Part shown: positions 1 through 10,450 of the stretch, one piece after another | How positions within the stretch are numbered: position 1 is the stretch's first letter | Layout: every line of letters begins with the position of its first letter | Assembly: GCA_964447495.1 (NCBI GenBank) | Contig: CAYUTF010000004.1 | Coordinates: 24,592-88,591 of the forward strand | Reading direction: 5' to 3' | Length of the DNA stretch: 64,000 bases | Origin: an uncultured archaeon | Lineage (GTDB): Archaea > Asgardarchaeota > Lokiarchaeia > Sigyniarchaeales > SOKP01 | Translations under genes and position numbers: made by a program | Notes under the pieces: generated by a model | Database searches by the model: none | What the model was told of the DNA's origin: nothing | Seen by the model: the letters and a program-made list of their open reading frames with translations, nothing else

Positions 1-1
1 T

Positions 2-3000
2 ATTTTTCCTCTACCTGGAGATAAGAAATTAGGTGATATTCATATAATTCAAGATCTTTTTGAAAAATCATTTGTAAATATTATTAAGTGGCGGGAAGCA
101 GATCGTATATTTTCACGAGTGATGGATACAATAAGGACATTATGGTTAAATTCGCCTTGTCCTATTGAACAAATCGATATCAATATTCACCAAGGGTGTG
201 GATATTGTCAATATATAGAAGACTGTAAAATAACTTTAGGAATGGGAGAGGATAATGATCCAAAAGAATGGTCCTCTCGATTACTACCATTTACTTCTCA
301 ATCTATTGCCCAACAGTTGATAGAGGAATATAATTGTAATACTATTGGAGATGTATTAAATAAAATAGATGATATTAAAATCGGTACCATTCCAAAACCA
401 TTATACTCTGAATTACCCACTCTTAAAATGAAAGCGGAGGCTATTGTAAATAATAGAACTGTCTTTCCGTCAGCAGGACAAACACATTCTTATGCCATAC
501 CTCGCTACTCTCCGATTGCGATTAATTTTGATGTAGAATATGATAGGAATAATGACAAGATTTTTGCTATAGGTATTTATTTAAAGATTTTTATCCATTC
601 TAAACTGAGTTATCATGCAATTTTTGATAATTGGTGGAGAGTTTGGAAAAATTCTTTAACCAAAAAAAGTTCTCCAGCTGAGATTCAAAAGGAATTAAAT
701 CAATACCTTATTCGAGAGATTCCTTTAGAAATAGTTGAGCGTTTTTTAAAAAATCTTTCCATATTAAAATCAATTCAGATATATTTAAGAGGAGAAAAGT
801 CAAAAGAAGGGACAATTATACACTATAACTTTGCCAGAATAAATAAAGACAATATAAAAGACAGTGAAGCAAAATTAATTGTAAATGCCATACATCGGTT
901 TAATATAATTTTGGAAATTTGTAATATTCTTGAAGATTTTATTGTTATTGATGACCAATATGGAAGATATTTTGGTCCTGACACTAGTATATTCTATTGG
1001 TCACGAAACCAATTAGATCATTTTCAAGATATGATGGAACGTCACTTAGATTACATTTTAAGCAAACAAGAAGCACGTGAAGCCTATCAATCAATATTAA
1101 TGTATTTTACTCCTTCAGATAGTGAGGTAAGTCACCCTTACCAGCATAAAAAATTATTTGATGTCCAAGCATTTGTAGATTCGTTTATAGGATTTCCAGA
1201 TATAATTAATTATACATGGCATGGTATAGCTGAAAGGTTGTTTAATTATCATAGTCATCCAAAATATTGGATTCCGCATTTCAATTTTTTAGATCTAACT
1301 AATTGGTTAAAATATCTTTCTAAGACAGATAAGTTGGATAAATTGAAAATAGAGAATGAGATTAAACATCAAATAGTTATGAAACTTAACTTCATCAATA
1401 GAATTAGAGAGCATTTCCAAAGAGAAGGACGTTATAATTTATCTAAAAATGCAAGGGTAATTAGTAAATCTCAATATGGAAGTGCGATATTACCTTATTT
1501 CTATCACGATATTGCTCATGTATGGTATCTCTTTTCAAAATTGAATAACGCCTTACAACAACAGGATGATGAATATTATCGAACGATCTTTCCTCAATTT
1601 AGTATAGGTAAGTTATTTTCAGCACGAGTAAATAAACTTGAATTACATGATTCATCAGGTAAGACGAAATATTATACTTTTGAAACAAGAGATTTATCCA
1701 GTAATATGAAAATAAGTGAAGGTGACGTTGTATTATTAATTCCAAACTTCAAACGTGGGATGAAACTAGACAAACAAATTTTTAAGTGGCAAATATATAT
1801 TGAAAAAATAACATGGGATAATTCTATCAATGGAAATCGCATAACTACCAAACCTACTTATAGTAATATATTTGAACAATGCGAAGCAGAAGATATAGAT
1901 CCTAAAACTCAGCAATGGTACCTTTATCCTATAAGTTCTGACAATTGGTCGAATAAACTTCACAAACCTAATAACACAGGCTTATTAGAACGTGAAGGAT
2001 TTGGACGTTCCTGGTTAGGATTTCGACTCGCTTATTTATGGGGCATACGTACTGATCCTACTTTACTTTGGCCTCCAAAATGGGATTATTCTACTCCAGT
2101 AATTTATTTTTTTGCTCCGGAATTATTGATGCATTTTTCGAATTCATTTCAAAATGAACTTTCAACTCCTATATATCCTATCCCCGATCCTTCTCAAAAA
2201 GAAGCAATTATAAATTCCTTAAATCATGTTATTTCTGGAATTCTTGGTCCTCCTGGCACTGGAAAATCACAAACTATAGCTGCTTTAATTGATGAGTTTA
2301 TAATCCGCAAGAAAAAAGAAAAAAAACCGTTCAAAATATTAGTTACATCATTTTCTTATGCAGCACTTCGCGTTGTTATTGAAAAAATAAGAACAGGGAG
2401 AACTATAAATAATACAACTACAGAATCCTCAAAAATACAGATGGTATTTTTGCGATCGGAAACACAAGACCCTATTGAATCAAAAAGAGGGAGTAGATAT
2501 ATTGATGATTTACTCAGAACGGGAACATCATGGAAGTTGAATGGAGAAAGTCGTATTGTAACTCCTAAAAATTCTTTAGAACAATCATTAGAAGAATCAT
2601 TTATCCTTTTTACAAATGCACATCATTTGTATTATTTACATGAGCGAGTAGAAGATGATTTTGCTTTTGATTTAATCTGTGTAGATGAGGCAAGTCAATT
2701 ACCCACTGATTATTTCATGTCAAGTTTATTATATATCCATAAATTTAATTTGAATCTGAAAAAGCCAGAAAATCTTGACATTACTTTTAATCATGATGTT
2801 AAGAATAAAGAGGATGTTATTAATCTTCAAATCGATAAAAGTTCGATTTCGTTTGGAATTGAAGACCTCACAAAAATTGTAATTGTAGGAGATCATAATC
2901 AGTTACCCCCAGTGAGGGTGAAAAATCCACCAAAAAATTTGGAACTTATTCTTGATAGTCTTTTTAGTTATTATATTAAAGGACATAAAATATCAAAAAA

Positions 3001-3763
3001 ACAACTTAAGATTAATTATCGCTCACACCAAGATATTGTATCTTTTACTTCACTATTGGGGCTTTACAAGAATATTAAACCCTACAAATCTAATGCGTCA
3101 AGAGTCTTGGAAGGAAATCTAAATAATATGAAACTTTCATGGGTTAAAGAAGTATTGTCACCCGAAAGAGTTGTTTGTTCCCTAATTCATAATCGTAAGT
3201 TTGAAATCGGGATTAGTGAATTTGAAGCAGATTTAGTATGTGAATTAGTATCGGGATTCTTTGATATGATAAAACCTCAAAGTATTAAAGAGGAAAAAAA
3301 ATTTTGGGCGGAACGCATAGGAGTCGTAGCGCCCCATAATGCCCAAGGGCGGGCAATCATTAGGAAAATATTTACAAAATTTCAGGAAAGAACGTATTTA
3401 ACTGATGCCCGATTAATGGAATATCTTAAAAGTACTATCTATTCAGTAGAAAAATTTCAGGGTTCTGATCGAGATTTAATAATTACCTCAATTGGATTAT
3501 CAGATGAAGATAAAATAAGTACTGAAGAGGATTTTATTTTTAATTTGAATCGATTCAATGTCTTGACATCTAGAGCTAAAAATAAAATTATTTTTATTTC
3601 CAGTGATAAATTTTTGCAATATATTCCTGAAGATAGAAAAGCACTGGAAAATGCGTCTAAAGTGTATCTATATGCAGAAGATTTTTGCAATCAACAAATT
3701 CTTCTCACCGTAAAGAATGAAAAGAATGAAAATGAACAAATCATATTTAAGTATAAAAATTAA
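2..3763 (+). CDS. Dna2/Cas4-like Fe-S nuclease - RNase H-like - SF1 (UPF1/Dna2-type) helicase, 5' partial
   Basis: Frame is open from position 2 (IFPLPGDKK...) into the 119..3763 ORF, so the gene starts upstream of the window. CxxCx5C (GCGYCQYIEDC) as at the C-end of Cas4/AddB/Dna2 nucleases; FDVEYD RNase H-like motif; Walker A GPPGTGKS; DEASQ; VGDHNQLPP; NYRSH; SVEKFQGSDRD; RFNVLTSRAK. Confidence 0.85.
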   Translation: MFPLPGDKKLGDIHIIQDLFEKSFVNIIKWREADRIFSRVMDTIRTLWLNSPCPIEQIDINIHQGCGYCQYIEDCKITLGMGEDNDPKEWSSRLLPFTSQSIAQQLIEEYNCNTIGDVLNKIDDIKIGTIPKPLYSELPTLKMKAEAIVNNRTVFPSAGQTHSYAIPRYSPIAINFDVEYDRNNDKIFAIGIYLKIFIHSKLSYHAIFDNWWRVWKNSLTKKSSPAEIQKELNQYLIREIPLEIVERFLKNLSILKSIQIYLRGEKSKEGTIIHYNFARINKDNIKDSEAKLIVNAIHRFNIILEICNILEDFIVIDDQYGRYFGPDTSIFYWSRNQLDHFQDMMERHLDYILSKQEAREAYQSILMYFTPSDSEVSHPYQHKKLFDVQAFVDSFIGFPDIINYTWHGIAERLFNYHSHPKYWIPHFNFLDLTNWLKYLSKTDKLDKLKIENEIKHQIVMKLNFINRIREHFQREGRYNLSKNARVISKSQYGSAILPYFYHDIAHVWYLFSKLNNALQQQDDEYYRTIFPQFSIGKLFSARVNKLELHDSSGKTKYYTFETRDLSSNMKISEGDVVLLIPNFKRGMKLDKQIFKWQIYIEKITWDNSINGNRITTKPTYSNIFEQCEAEDIDPKTQQWYLYPISSDNWSNKLHKPNNTGLLEREGFGRSWLGFRLAYLWGIRTDPTLLWPPKWDYSTPVIYFFAPELLMHFSNSFQNELSTPIYPIPDPSQKEAIINSLNHVISGILGPPGTGKSQTIAALIDEFIIRKKKEKKPFKILVTSFSYAALRVVIEKIRTGRTINNTTTESSKIQMVFLRSETQDPIESKRGSRYIDDLLRTGTSWKLNGESRIVTPKNSLEQSLEESFILFTNAHHLYYLHERVEDDFAFDLICVDEASQLPTDYFMSSLLYIHKFNLNLKKPENLDITFNHDVKNKEDVINLQIDKSSISFGIEDLTKIVIVGDHNQLPPVRVKNPPKNLELILDSLFSYYIKGHKISKKQLKINYRSHQDIVSFTSLLGLYKNIKPYKSNASRVLEGNLNNMKLSWVKEVLSPERVVCSLIHNRKFEIGISEFEADLVCELVSGFFDMIKPQSIKEEKKFWAERIGVVAPHNAQGRAIIRKIFTKFQERTYLTDARLMEYLKSTIYSVEKFQGSDRDLIITSIGLSDEDKISTEEDFIFNLNRFNVLTSRAKNKIIFISSDKFLQYIPEDRKALENASKVYLYAEDFCNQQILLTVKNEKNENEQIIFKYKN

Positions 3764-3772
3764 GGTATCATC

Positions 3773-5344
3773 ATGAGTTCTGTAAAGTTTTTACATTTAG
3801 CAGACATTCACTTAGGAAAAAAACAATACAATATTTTACAAAGATATTTTGATTATTTTGAAGCCTTCCGATCAGTATTACATAAAGCAATTGAACAAGA
3901 AGTAGATTTTATTCTAATAAGTGGAGATTTAATTGATAGTGATGAAGGTGTAAATCCTTCTATGTTAAGAGAGATTATTAATATTCTTACTTCTTTTAAA
4001 ACTGAATGTATCAAAAATCTACAAAGAGAAATACCAATAATATGTATTGAAGGAAATCATGAAAATCCTCTTTTCTCTGATCTTACTTGGTTAAAACTAG
4101 TGGCAGATTTAGATTTTATAATTTTACTATCAGGAGATTACGATAATAAAAAAAATCAAATTTCTTTTGAAGAATATTCCTCTACTGCGCATTCGGGTGG
4201 TAAGATTGTAATTAAAAATTGTAGTATTTATGGATTGAACTATTTTGGTAGTGCTACTTCTGATTTACTCCCTCTTTTGGAAAATGCTATTTCGAGGAAT
4301 GAAAATACTTTTAATATTTTAATGATGCATTTTGGTATTACTAATTACGATGATAAGAAAACGGGGATAAATTATTCTCCTATTCTTGAAAAGTTACATC
4401 AATCAATTGATTATTTAGCATTAGGGCACTTCCATAAGCAATATAGTATACCGGACCGTCAACCATGGATTTTTAATCCGGGAAGTCTGGAAGTGAATGA
4501 GGTCTCTGAAACCTTTCAGGAAAGAGGAGCATTTCTGATTGAAGTCTTAGACAATAAGAAAATGCAAGTGAGAAGATTACTATGCGTTGAAGGAAATACA
4601 ATGGAACGTCTTTCAATTCCTAATCGAAGGTTCATGGTTTTGAAATATCTTTCGATTGAAGGGCTTAATTCATTCCATGAAGCTCAAGATTACATTATTA
4701 GAGAATTAACTAAGTATGGTGTACCTCTTAAATCAAATCAAACTCTTGAAAAAACAAACTTAGATAAACCCATTCTCTACTTTGCTGTTGGAGGAGTAAT
4801 TAGCTATTCACAATTAGAAGTGGATTTAACTTCACTCAGAAATAGAATTAATGAAAAATTTGATATTTTAGGATTAAAATTAAGCAACAGACTAATTTCT
4901 AGTATGGACCAAGAAATAGCCTTTGACAAGGATTTAAGTGTGGAAGATATTGAAAAAGAGATATTCCTCGGAACACTTGATTTAGAAAAGCGTTTTAAAC
5001 CCTTTAAAGGACAGATATATGATATATTTCAAAATTTAAAAACGCAATTAGGTGGGAAAATAAATTATAAGAAGATAAAAAGTCAAGTAGAATTATGGAT
5101 TGTTTCTGATAAGGACATCTTCAATCAATTCTTATCTGAAATTAAACATAAAAATGCTCTGACAGAAAAAAAAGAAGAACAGATTTCGCCTAAAAAAAAA
5201 GATAGAAAAAAGAAAAACCAAAAAATTTTAAAAGGTGAGGAAGAGAAGGAAGAAGAACAAGATCTAAGTGATATTGATTACAATGACTTATTCGATGGGG
5301 AGGATATTGATGATTTAATTGATGATGAGGATTTAGATTTATAA
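3773..5344 (+). CDS. mre11: Mre11/SbcD DNA double-strand break repair nuclease
   Basis: Phosphoesterase motifs ADIHLG, SGDLID, GNHE, MMH, LGHFH, NPGSLE; directly upstream of rad50; basic then acidic C-terminal tail. Confidence 0.92.
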   Translation: MSSVKFLHLADIHLGKKQYNILQRYFDYFEAFRSVLHKAIEQEVDFILISGDLIDSDEGVNPSMLREIINILTSFKTECIKNLQREIPIICIEGNHENPLFSDLTWLKLVADLDFIILLSGDYDNKKNQISFEEYSSTAHSGGKIVIKNCSIYGLNYFGSATSDLLPLLENAISRNENTFNILMMHFGITNYDDKKTGINYSPILEKLHQSIDYLALGHFHKQYSIPDRQPWIFNPGSLEVNEVSETFQERGAFLIEVLDNKKMQVRRLLCVEGNTMERLSIPNRRFMVLKYLSIEGLNSFHEAQDYIIRELTKYGVPLKSNQTLEKTNLDKPILYFAVGGVISYSQLEVDLTSLRNRINEKFDILGLKLSNRLISSMDQEIAFDKDLSVEDIEKEIFLGTLDLEKRFKPFKGQIYDIFQNLKTQLGGKINYKKIKSQVELWIVSDKDIFNQFLSEIKHKNALTEKKEEQISPKKKDRKKKNQKILKGEEEKEEEQDLSDIDYNDLFDGEDIDDLIDDEDLDL

Positions 5345-5355
5345 GGTGAAAAAGA

Positions 5356-8076
5356 ATGTTATTAAAAAAAATTGAATTGGAAAATATTAAAACTCATAAG
5401 AAAACAGTAATCCCTTTCAAGAAAGGGTTAAATGTCTTTCATGGAAATAATGGTACAGGAAAATCAACGGTATTAGAGATGATTGGGTTTACATTATTCG
5501 ACTATTTAGAAGGAAGATCCCATGATGTATATGTGAGAGATATTAATAATGATAAACAAGTATTTGGAACTATAAAATTATGGATAATCGGTCTGAATAA
5601 CGAACCATATATTATAGAACGTAATATTGGCAAATCTGAAATAGCAGTATATAATGCTTTAACTAATCGTAAAATAGTTAAGATAGAGAAGATATCTCAG
5701 TTAAAAAAGTGGATCGAAACTCAGATAGGGCTTAGTAAAGGTATTGAACTTGATAAATTATTTAAAACATCAATTGGAATACCTCAAGGAACCTTTATTG
5801 ACCCTTTCCAAAGGGAACCTAGAGAAAGAAAGAATTACTTTGATCCAATTTTAAGTTTAAAAATTTATGAAGTTATTTGGAGTGAACTAGGAAAATTAGG
5901 AAAAGGAGCATATGAGAGACTTTTACATGAGATTAAGGAAGAAATCAGTGAAATCACTGGTGAGATTAAAAATAAGTCGGTTTTAATTAATAACATAGAT
6001 AAAGTAACTAAGGATTTTGACGCTTTAGAAATAAAAGTTGGTAAAATAAAAGAAGTGGGAAAAAAGATTAAAGAGAAATTTGATGAGTTAAAAAATTTAA
6101 AAGAGGAGAGTAAAAGTGTTCAAGAAGATTACGAAAAGTTACAGCTTAGAGAAAAAGATGCACAAATAAGGGTTTCTGAATTCATTATTAAATTGAATCA
6201 GGTTAAAGAAGCTAAGCTTATTTGTGATAAAGCAAAGAATAATTATGAGCAATATGAACTACAAACAAAAGAACAGAAGAAACTTGAAGCTGAACTGAGC
6301 GATCTTCAAGAAAAACAAAAAATATTACAAGATTTAAAAACGGACCACTTACATATAGAAAGTGAGAAAAATAATTTAATAAATCAAATTAATGAAGCAA
6401 AAGAAGCCCTCGAAAATAGTATTAAACTTAAAAGCAAATACAATCGATATCAGGAACTTGAAGCAGATTTATTATTAATAAATGAAGATTTGACCCGATT
6501 TAAGACTATAGATGAGGGTTTAACTAAAAAAAGATCAGATTCAGAAACTTTTAAAAAACAATTAGAGCTATCCCATAAAAAAATTGAATCATTTTCCAAA
6601 TTAGAAACGAAGCTTAAAGAATTAGAAACCCTTGAATTAAAAAAAGAGGGTATAAAATTAATTATATCCGATTTAGAAAAAGAAATAGCTTTAATTAATC
6701 AAAATTACGAGTATTTATTAACAGGTAAATGCCCTTTCTTTAATCAAACTTGTAGAAATATTGAAGAGAAGAAATCTGATCCGAAATCTCTTTTAAAACA
6801 AGTAAAATATAAGAAAGATTTATTGAAAAAAAGCATAGACGAAGTAAAACAATTAGAAAAAGACTTAGAAGCAAAAGAAGAATTTCATATCAAAATTGAG
6901 AGTTTAAAAGAAGTAAGAATTAGATTAGCGATTAATCAAAAACGATTTGAAGAACTAAATGAAGAAATAAAAAAAGAGAATGAATATATAAAAAATAAAG
7001 ATACTTATTGGGAAAGAAAGAAGAAATTGGATGATGAGAAGAGAGCCTTAGAAAATTCAATTAATGATTATATCACTTTCAGTAAATTATCTGAGAAGCT
7101 TCCTGAATTAGAAAAAAGAATGAATCCTTTAATGTCAAAATTAGAGGAAATTGAAAAAGTAATGCGTGATATGGAGAAAGAAACCAAAAAATTGGATCAA
7201 ATTCCCAAATTATTCAAAAAAATCCAAGAAGAATTAGCGAATTTAAAGAAAGACTACACATTATATCAAACTCATATTAAGCAAGCAGAAGAACTTCCTA
7301 AAATAGAACAAGATTATAATTCTAGCCTATCTGCTTTAGAGAACCTCAAATTACAAATACAAGAAAACCAAAAGCTGATAAAAGACTTGAATTCTAAATA
7401 TGATGAAGCTGAGTTTCAAAAGTACGAAGAATATTACAGAAAAAACGAGAAAACTAAAACTGAGTTAGAAACACGTATGAATGAACGAAAATTGAGACTA
7501 AATGAATTAAATGAAGAACTTAAAAAAATTGAGGAAATTGAAACTAATTTAGTTAAGTTAAATAAAGAAAAAGATAATTTAGAAGTCCAGCAGTTATTTA
7601 TTGAAAAATTAAGGATGTGGATAAGAGAATTTATCCCGAAAATGAGAAGTGCATTAATAAGCAAGATAAATATTATTGCTTCGGAAATATATAGAGATAT
7701 AAGAGAGGAAGAGGATGCGGTTCTCAAATGGCGGGATAATTATGATATTGAAATCGTTACTCCTAAAACTGTTAAAAATTTCTTTAGACTATCTGGAGGA
7801 GAGAAAATGTCAGCAGCATTAGCAGTCCGATTAGCAATACTAAAAGTGCTAACAAATGCTAATTTTGCTTTTTTTGATGAACCCACTACTAATTTAGATG
7901 AGACAACCCGTAAGAATTTGAGTAAATATATTTATAATATAAAAGGGTTTGAACAATTATTTGTTATCTCCCATGATGATTCCTTCAAACGTCACAGTGA
8001 ATACGTTGTAAGATTTACTAAAGATGCAAATGAGATTACGCATATCGATTATCTTACTAAGGTTAATGAAGAATGA
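5356..8076 (+). CDS. rad50: Rad50/SbcC SMC-family ATPase
   Basis: Walker A GNNGTGKS, Q-loop IPQG, long coiled coil with central CPFFNQTC, signature LSGGE, Walker B FFDEPT, ISH; GGTGA Shine-Dalgarno upstream. Confidence 0.93.
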   Translation: MLLKKIELENIKTHKKTVIPFKKGLNVFHGNNGTGKSTVLEMIGFTLFDYLEGRSHDVYVRDINNDKQVFGTIKLWIIGLNNEPYIIERNIGKSEIAVYNALTNRKIVKIEKISQLKKWIETQIGLSKGIELDKLFKTSIGIPQGTFIDPFQREPRERKNYFDPILSLKIYEVIWSELGKLGKGAYERLLHEIKEEISEITGEIKNKSVLINNIDKVTKDFDALEIKVGKIKEVGKKIKEKFDELKNLKEESKSVQEDYEKLQLREKDAQIRVSEFIIKLNQVKEAKLICDKAKNNYEQYELQTKEQKKLEAELSDLQEKQKILQDLKTDHLHIESEKNNLINQINEAKEALENSIKLKSKYNRYQELEADLLLINEDLTRFKTIDEGLTKKRSDSETFKKQLELSHKKIESFSKLETKLKELETLELKKEGIKLIISDLEKEIALINQNYEYLLTGKCPFFNQTCRNIEEKKSDPKSLLKQVKYKKDLLKKSIDEVKQLEKDLEAKEEFHIKIESLKEVRIRLAINQKRFEELNEEIKKENEYIKNKDTYWERKKKLDDEKRALENSINDYITFSKLSEKLPELEKRMNPLMSKLEEIEKVMRDMEKETKKLDQIPKLFKKIQEELANLKKDYTLYQTHIKQAEELPKIEQDYNSSLSALENLKLQIQENQKLIKDLNSKYDEAEFQKYEEYYRKNEKTKTELETRMNERKLRLNELNEELKKIEEIETNLVKLNKEKDNLEVQQLFIEKLRMWIREFIPKMRSALISKINIIASEIYRDIREEEDAVLKWRDNYDIEIVTPKTVKNFFRLSGGEKMSAALAVRLAILKVLTNANFAFFDEPTTNLDETTRKNLSKYIYNIKGFEQLFVISHDDSFKRHSEYVVRFTKDANEITHIDYLTKVNEE

Positions 8077-8298
8077 GTTCATTAATTTACACACGATCTT
8101 ATTCTAAGAATTATATTGATTGAGCATAAGGCACAACTCAAGGGAAAAGAATTTACATCTTGAATATCATAGGCATTCCTAAAAGTTTGATGTTTGACCT
8201 TTTTTATATATTGATGAGATTTGATAAAAATGTCAAAATTTATATAGTTAACCCGAATACATTTTCATTACCAATCAATCAAAAAAATATATAAATTT

Positions 8299-8616
8299 GT
8301 GATGACTATGGGCTTATTTATGATGACTGTATGGTATCCTCCCCATAAAGCTCCAGATATGGCAAAACTATATTTAAAGCAACCTAAAAAGCTACCCTTT
8401 GTTAGTAAATGGAGAGTATTTAATACTTCCGGTGGTTTAAATGGTATAAAGCAATATCATTTAATATATACCGAACGAGGCAAAGCAGAAGAAGCCTTGG
8501 TAGAATTAGAAAAATATTTTATGCCTTTTTTAACTGTTGATGGTTTCAGATACGATATCGAACATTTAATGGGCGTATCTGATGGTTTCAAATTGCTTGG
8601 GATGGAATGGAAATAA
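8299..8616 (+). CDS. small hypothetical protein (start may be ATG 8302 or 8308)
   Basis: 105-aa ORF with protein-like composition, followed by a T10 tract. Confidence 0.7.
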   Translation: MMTMGLFMMTVWYPPHKAPDMAKLYLKQPKKLPFVSKWRVFNTSGGLNGIKQYHLIYTERGKAEEALVELEKYFMPFLTVDGFRYDIEHLMGVSDGFKLLGMEWK

Positions 8617-8621
8617 TCATA

Positions 8622-8642
8622 TTTTTAATTTCTTTTTTTTTT
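8622..8642 (+). terminator. archaeal oligo-T terminator
   Basis: TTTTTAATTTCTTTTTTTTTT immediately after the stop at 8616. Confidence 0.5.
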
Positions 8643-8751
8643 AATAGAGGTCCCATATCTTTATATTCACTACGCGTAACCCACTTTTTAGGATAGAGTA
8701 TCTAAAAACGGTCTTCATATATTTAAATATTAGTTTGGTGATTAGTACTAT

Positions 8752-9138
8752 ATGAGGAAAAAGTGGACAATAATTATTAGGACTCCCCTGCTAAGGAAAA
8801 TACGGGATAATTTGAGGGATCTTTGGGTTGCATGGGCAAGAAGTCAGTATGATGACTTATTCAATAAACGCAGAACCTTGGAGCGAAATGAAGACGGAAA
8901 GTTGAAAAACCTAGATGGGTTTAATCAAGAAGAACGTAAAAAAATTGAAGAATTGGGAGGAAAAATATCTTTGTTGCGTGATATTGAAAATGATTCAATT
9001 TGCATATGCACTGTTTGCGGAAAAGAACATAGAGATATGACTTATAACCCTGTAGATAAGAGTTGGTACTGTGTGGAATGCTATCACGAAAATCAAGAGT
9101 TCTATAAGGATACTAAAGAATCCTTTTTATATCCCTGA
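8752..9138 (+). CDS. hypothetical protein with C-terminal Zn finger
   Basis: CTVC...CVEC cysteine pairs; GGTGA upstream; T11 tract at 9164-9174 downstream. Confidence 0.7.
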   Translation: MRKKWTIIIRTPLLRKIRDNLRDLWVAWARSQYDDLFNKRRTLERNEDGKLKNLDGFNQEERKKIEELGGKISLLRDIENDSICICTVCGKEHRDMTYNPVDKSWYCVECYHENQEFYKDTKESFLYP

Positions 9139-9304
9139 CTTCTTTCTCTTGTTTTGCCATAGGTTTTTTTTTTTCATGTTTATATTAACAAGAATGATTA
9201 CTAAAGCCCTTTAATGTAATTTTTTTAATAAAATAATAAAAAGTAAAAAATAAAAAACTTAAATAAAAGGTTATTTTTTTAATTGGGCATAGGAGATTAG
9301 CCCA

Positions 9305-10450
9305 TTAGAAGCATCGGTGTATTACCTGCGGTCCCATCTCCTTATACTCTCGACGGGTAACCCACATGCGATGAAATGTTTTCAGAGAGCTTAAAATTGA
9401 GCCACCAATCCACACGGAGTACATACGCTCGGGAGGAGCGATAATTTTAACATCAACTGATTCTGGAATTTGTTCTTTAATTTCTTTAGTCAAACGTTCC
9501 TTAATTCCAGGAAACATTGTGGAACCACCAGAGAGCACAATATTGCTGTAAAGATCTCTTCGCAAGTCAACATCACACTCTGAAATAGAACCTACAATCA
9601 CATCGTCTAAAGGTTCTAATTCTTTTCCAATAACAGAGGGATTAAAGAAACATTCAGGGGCTAAAAATCGCTCTACGCCAACATTAATTGTTTCTCCATC
9701 CGGAAGCATATAGCTCTTCTCCATTCCAGCAACTTTCTTACTAAGCATCATTTCTTTCTCGGGATCTATTGCCACATAGCATAATTTCTCCTTTATATCT
9801 CGTACAATTTCCTTTTCAGCGGATGTAGTGAATGAATAACCTTTTTGTCGAAGCAATCTTTGTAAATAGGTAGTGATATCACGTCCTGCAAGATCAATTC
9901 TCTGGATAGCGTGACTTAAGGCGAATCCTTCGAATATTGGAACAACGTGAGAGACTCCATCTCCAATATCTATAACACATCCAGTAGTACGACCAGAAGC
10001 ATAAAGAGATAAGACTGCTTGCATTGCAACATAGAGAGCAGGCACATTAAATGTTTCAAACATTATTTCGGCCATTTTTTCTCTATTTGGTCTTGGATTT
10101 AGAGGAGCTTCAGTTAAAAGAACGGGATGTTCACTTGGATCAATTCTCAAATCGGTGTAAAAGGTATAATGCCAGATTTTTTCCATAGCGGTCCAATCTT
10201 CTATAATACCATGCTCGACGGGGAACATTAATTTTAATACACCCTTCAATTGCATAGCTTCTTCACCGATGTAATACTCACGAGTATAATGCTCAACATC
10301 AGTCATTATAGATTCATATTTTGGATAACCTATAAGTGTAGGAAAAACCGATCGAGGTTGATCTTCACCTGCGAAACCATTCTTGGAAATACCGGTACCA
10401 TTGTCTACGACTAAAGCCTTAGCGTTTAAAAAACTTTCTTCTTCTGCCAT
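9305..10450 (-). CDS. actin (lokiactin, Asgard actin)
   Basis: DNGTG phosphate-1, [60 protein letters not shown]-terminal IHRCF; very close to eukaryotic actin. Confidence 0.98.
   Translation of the reverse strand: MAEEESFLNAKALVVDNGTGISKNGFAGEDQPRSVFPTLIGYPKYESIMTDVEHYTREYYIGEEAMQLKGVLKLMFPVEHGIIEDWTAMEKIWHYTFYTDLRIDPSEHPVLLTEAPLNPRPNREKMAEIMFETFNVPALYVAMQAVLSLYASGRTTGCVIDIGDGVSHVVPIFEGFALSHAIQRIDLAGRDITTYLQRLLRQKGYSFTTSAEKEIVRDIKEKLCYVAIDPEKEMMLSKKVAGMEKSYMLPDGETINVGVERFLAPECFFNPSVIGKELEPLDDVIVGSISECDVDLRRDLYSNIVLSGGSTMFPGIKERLTKEIKEQIPESVDVKIIAPPERMYSVWIGGSILSSLKTFHRMWVTRREYKEMGPQVIHRCF

Noticed and set aside
5188-5217. NLS-like PKKKDRKKK in Mre11
   Set aside because: There is no nucleus in this organism, and Lys runs are common in this AT-rich genome.
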